DNA of 33,668 nt from an archaeon. Its GTDB lineage: Archaea; Iainarchaeota; Iainarchaeia; Iainarchaeales; JBDRCV01. A program made the position numbers and the translations under genes. The stretch is taken from positions 1 to 33,668 of the forward strand of contig JBDRCV010000008.1 in NCBI GenBank assembly GCA_043821385.1, read 5' to 3'. This document shows positions 30,735 through 33,668 of this stretch, one piece after another (within the stretch, counting starts at the first letter, position 1; each line of letters opens with the position of its first letter). The notes below the pieces were generated by a model. The model was not told the origin of the DNA, searched no databases, and saw only the letters and a program-made list of their open reading frames with translations.

Positions 30735-33156
30735 AATAATTTTAACAGTAATTTTTGTCATAATTTTTTCCTTTAACGTTAGTAGTGTAAGGTTTCAGGA
30801 AAACTTTTTAGACGAAAACAACTTAAAAGTAAATGATTGTTTACTTGAAAGCGAGCAAGAAAAGTTAAGATTGCAAGGATACTTTGAAGACACTCTTGTA
30901 ATAAGTATTAACCCAGTGGAAGACATTAGCAGCTTCTGCGACCACGAAGATAACAGTGACATAGATGACCTGCCCTTCTGTTATTTTAACAGGTTAAGCC
31001 AGTCATTCACAGTTCACAATACAGGTACACTGGATAAAATATCCTTAAAGTTCAAAAACGAATATGAAGGAAGTTACTCTGACGTTCAAATCAGTTTGTG
31101 GGAAAAAAACGTTATAGACAAAAAAAAATTAGGCGACATAAACATTCACGACAGCCAAATAGGACACTATAACTGGCTGGACATTGAATTCCCAAACGAA
31201 ATAGTTTTAGAAAAAAACCAGTTTTACAGTATTTTCTTTCACACTATAGCAGACCGAGAACACTTAAAAAGAGTTGAATACAGAGCAAACTATGGCGAAC
31301 AATATTATAATGAAGGCGAATTACTGCAATACGACTTGCGTGGAAAAATCAGTGGTTTTTGGGGAGAAAACAGGCTAGTTCCGTTCAGGGTTTACTTTAA
31401 AAAAGGATTCCAGAAAGAATGCCAAGTAATATCAAAAGAAATCAACAAACTAGGCTTTGAAATTGAAAGTGCAAGACTTGACGTTAACCACTCACCAAAC
31501 AATCAGGAAATAAATTATTTTTTAAGTTCAAATAATGGAGTAACATGGAAACCAGTAAACTTAAAAGAAACAATTTATTTTGAATCAGGCCATAATTTAA
31601 AATGGCGTGCAGTACTAGAAACCAAAGACACTAATTTTACGCCAGCAATTGAAACCATTACAATTGACTACAATTACATGGAAGTACCAGAAATACTAGT
31701 CAATAAACCAGTTGAGTGGGAAATTCTTTCTAAAGCAAAAAACAATTCAATGATTGACTTTAACTTAAAAGACTACTTTAATAATGCAATTAATTTAGAC
31801 ATTAATTACTTTGACTACAATAACTTGACAACCAAAATTGTAGTCAATGACTTAAACTTGTTTGACAAGAATTACTGCCCAGAGTTTGACGGAAACTATC
31901 AAAAAGAATTCAACTGCATTGTTGACTGGAACACTGAAAACTTGAATGGTTATTACAGAATCGACTTAAATGCTGACAACAGCAAACACTCAATAAGGAT
32001 TGACAAAAACGTTTTAATTGACAACAATAAACCAATATTATGGATTATTGAACCAGAAAACAACCAAGTTTTTGAAGATAACAATATTTTGATAGAATTT
32101 AAAGGCACAGACAACAATTTAAGCGGAGTAAAAGAATTTTTCTTTAAATTAAATGACGAAAACTGGTTTTCTGTTGGATTAAATGAAAGTTATAACTTAA
32201 ACTTAGATTTTGGTGAACACACAGTTAAAGTAAAAGCAATTGATAATGCTTTAAATGAGAGCGAGGCTGCCATAGTAAACTTTAGTGTAAGGCAGCCAGA
32301 AAACGAGGAAAACGAAGAAGAAGAAAACAGCGAAAATGGGAGCAATAACGGAAGTGGAGGAAGCGGCGGGAGCGGAGGAGGGGGCGAGGGAGGAGGAAGT
32401 GGAGGAAGCGGAAGTTCTAATAATTCCAACAACAATAAACTAAAAGAAAATGACCAGAATTACGATGAGTTTGGTGACACTTTAAACTTTATTCAAACAA
32501 AAAACCTTTTGAATACAGTTAAAAGTAAAGCACTTAACTTAAAACAAAGAATACTGGAACTACAGGACTTCCTGTTTGATTTTGAAAAAGAAAAAAGAGT
32601 TATTGAAAGAATTCAAAAGGAATTTAACTTAAACCAGTCAATAGAGAACTCGTTAAAATCATTGTCAGAATTAACTGAACTTGAAGAAATGATTCCAGAA
32701 ATAATTGTTTTAAGAGAATTCCAAACAGAAAACCGCAAAGTAACTGTGATTTCTCTTGACAACAAAAAACATTCAATTGTAAGAGTTGAAAACACCTGCG
32801 ACTGCAACATAACAGAAACTTTTTCGAACCTGCAATTAAAGGAAATAACAACAGAAAATAAGTTCTTAGTTTTAACACTTGAACCCTTAGAAATAAAGTG
32901 GCTGAAAAACCAAGAAATTAAGTACCGTGTGGCAAAAGAATTAAATGAAACTGTTTTTGTTTCAATTAACTATGAAAACGTAATCTCTGACATCGAAAAA
33001 AGTAAAGAAACCACTGAAGGCAAACAAGAAGTTAAGCCAACAGGACTGCTTTTTCTTTCCGGACAACAGTATGCTGGCTTTATTGTTCTTATTATTATAA
33101 TAACAACAATTTTTGTCATAATTAAAAGAGTTAAAGCAAGAAAAAGGTTTTACTGA
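30721..33156 (+). CDS. Cell-surface protein: signal peptide, beta-sandwich modules, Ig-like domain, Gly/Ser/Asn linker, coiled-coil region, C-terminal TM anchor
   Basis: I prefer the ATG at 30721 (MKKFEIILTVIFVIIFSFNVSS). The shared module ends LKWRAVLETKDTNFTPAIETITIDY (31597-31677). An Ig-like unit reads ...FGEHTVKVKAIDNALNESE... The linker is GSNNGSGGSGGSGGGGEGGGSGGSGSSNNSNNN. The C-terminal anchor is GFIVLIIIITTIFVII followed by KRVKARKRFY. Confidence 0.7.
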   Translation: MKKFEIILTVIFVIIFSFNVSSVRFQENFLDENNLKVNDCLLESEQEKLRLQGYFEDTLVISINPVEDISSFCDHEDNSDIDDLPFCYFNRLSQSFTVHNTGTLDKISLKFKNEYEGSYSDVQISLWEKNVIDKKKLGDINIHDSQIGHYNWLDIEFPNEIVLEKNQFYSIFFHTIADREHLKRVEYRANYGEQYYNEGELLQYDLRGKISGFWGENRLVPFRVYFKKGFQKECQVISKEINKLGFEIESARLDVNHSPNNQEINYFLSSNNGVTWKPVNLKETIYFESGHNLKWRAVLETKDTNFTPAIETITIDYNYMEVPEILVNKPVEWEILSKAKNNSMIDFNLKDYFNNAINLDINYFDYNNLTTKIVVNDLNLFDKNYCPEFDGNYQKEFNCIVDWNTENLNGYYRIDLNADNSKHSIRIDKNVLIDNNKPILWIIEPENNQVFEDNNILIEFKGTDNNLSGVKEFFFKLNDENWFSVGLNESYNLNLDFGEHTVKVKAIDNALNESEAAIVNFSVRQPENEENEEEENSENGSNNGSGGSGGSGGGGEGGGSGGSGSSNNSNNNKLKENDQNYDEFGDTLNFIQTKNLLNTVKSKALNLKQRILELQDFLFDFEKEKRVIERIQKEFNLNQSIENSLKSLSELTELEEMIPEIIVLREFQTENRKVTVISLDNKKHSIVRVENTCDCNITETFSNLQLKEITTENKFLVLTLEPLEIKWLKNQEIKYRVAKELNETVFVSINYENVISDIEKSKETTEGKQEVKPTGLLFLSGQQYAGFIVLIIIITTIFVIIKRVKARKRFY

Positions 33157-33159
33157 AAG

Positions 33160-33534
33160 TTAAGCAAATCTTACTTTTTCTGGAACTCTAAGCGTTATTG
33201 TCAGTGAGCCGTCTGCTTCACCTTCAAGTAAAACTCCTGAAACTGAATGAATTATATCTTTTTCAAGGCAGACATTAACGTTGCCAACCAGTTTTGATTT
33301 ATCTAAAGTAAAGTCTCCGAAAGCAGTTTTAACACTAAGAGATTCCAAATAATGCCTTATTCTGTGCCTTCCAGAAACAAACATGCCAAGCTTGGCACTT
33401 CTAATTCTGCCTTGAATTGACTGCAGTAAAGCACGCCCAACTTCATGTTCTTTTAAAGCACTTTCAAGAGAAGGAACAATTTTTTCCCCATCCTCTAATT
33501 CAATGACTAAATTTTTTTGTTTTAATCCAACCAT
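33160..33534 (-). CDS. PPC/DUF296-like (PD1-type) domain protein, tentative
   Basis: I prefer the internal ATG at 33534 (MVGLKQKNLVIELEDGEKIVPSLESALKEHEVGRALLQSIQGRIRSAKLG...GNVNVCLEKD...VSGVLLEGEADGSLTITL). The strand pattern resembles COG1661/DUF296 proteins. The upstream track extension is low-complexity. Confidence 0.4.
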   Translation of the reverse strand: MVGLKQKNLVIELEDGEKIVPSLESALKEHEVGRALLQSIQGRIRSAKLGMFVSGRHRIRHYLESLSVKTAFGDFTLDKSKLVGNVNVCLEKDIIHSVSGVLLEGEADGSLTITLRVPEKVRFA

Positions 33535-33668
33535 TCTCCCACCCAAAAAATAATAGTAAAAACACTTTTTAATCTGATTGTTTGCGTTTTCTGAAGAAAA
33601 TGACTGGAAAACCAAAAGAATTCTGCAAAATTATTCAAATTTATTAAAAAACCATGGAGAAAAAAAAA

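Noticed and set aside
32190-32435. Minus-strand proline-rich ORF (PPLPPPSPPPPLPPLPP)
   Set aside because: It is the reverse complement of the GGN/AGC-rich Gly/Ser linker of the 817-aa surface protein, so it is a mirror artefact. The nearby minus ORFs 32613-32810 and 32624-32878 are rejected for the same reason.

Overview
Visibly AT-rich, gene-dense archaeal chromosome fragment. Archaeal hallmarks are a thermosome (group II chaperonin), an aCPSF-type beta-CASP RNase, an NMD3-like protein, class III (prepilin-type) signal peptides, a FlaI-like ATPase and a tRNA without encoded CCA. Starts are preceded by GGTG/GGAGG Shine-Dalgarno motifs or by AT-rich TATA-like boxes about 25-40 nt upstream. The gene content (huge secreted beta-rich proteins, several PIN toxin-antitoxin pairs, compact housekeeping genes) fits a small-genome, possibly episymbiotic DPANN-like archaeon, but that lineage call is inference only. 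Layout: (i) 1-13.8 kb is one minus-strand type IV filament (pilus) operon. It runs three paralogous pilins, a 2211-aa FG-GAP/LamG/jelly-roll giant protein, two small pilin-like proteins, a coiled-coil protein, a FlaI/TadA-like ATPase with a long N-terminal extension, an HD hydrolase, then two single-domain T2SS-F platform genes, the last cut by the window edge. (ii) 13.8-16.7 kb is an accessory patch. It holds a basic coiled-coil protein and a histone-fold-like protein whose last 64 bp are duplicated 1 kb downstream, bracketing a PIN(DUF3368-like)/UPF0175-like pair, followed by a VapBC pair. (iii) 16.7-24 kb holds a transglutaminase-like lipoprotein, the thermosome, a membrane protein, a second VapBC, the beta-CASP RNase, the NMD3-like protein and a ZIP transporter. 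(iv) 24.1-28.8 kb is a 1582-aa secreted polysaccharide-lyase/hydrolase-like multidomain protein. (v) 28.9-33.6 kb holds an HTH regulator, tRNA-Arg(CCT), a dolichol-kinase-like protein, a small zinc-ribbon protein coupled to an 817-aa anchored surface protein, and a PPC/DUF296-like protein. I saw no rRNA, CRISPR array, transposase, integrase or reverse transcriptase. The best candidate for something new is the pilus operon with its embedded giant adhesin-like gene; the 64-bp repeat-bounded toxin-antitoxin cassette comes second. All family assignments are motif recognition by eye; no searches were run.
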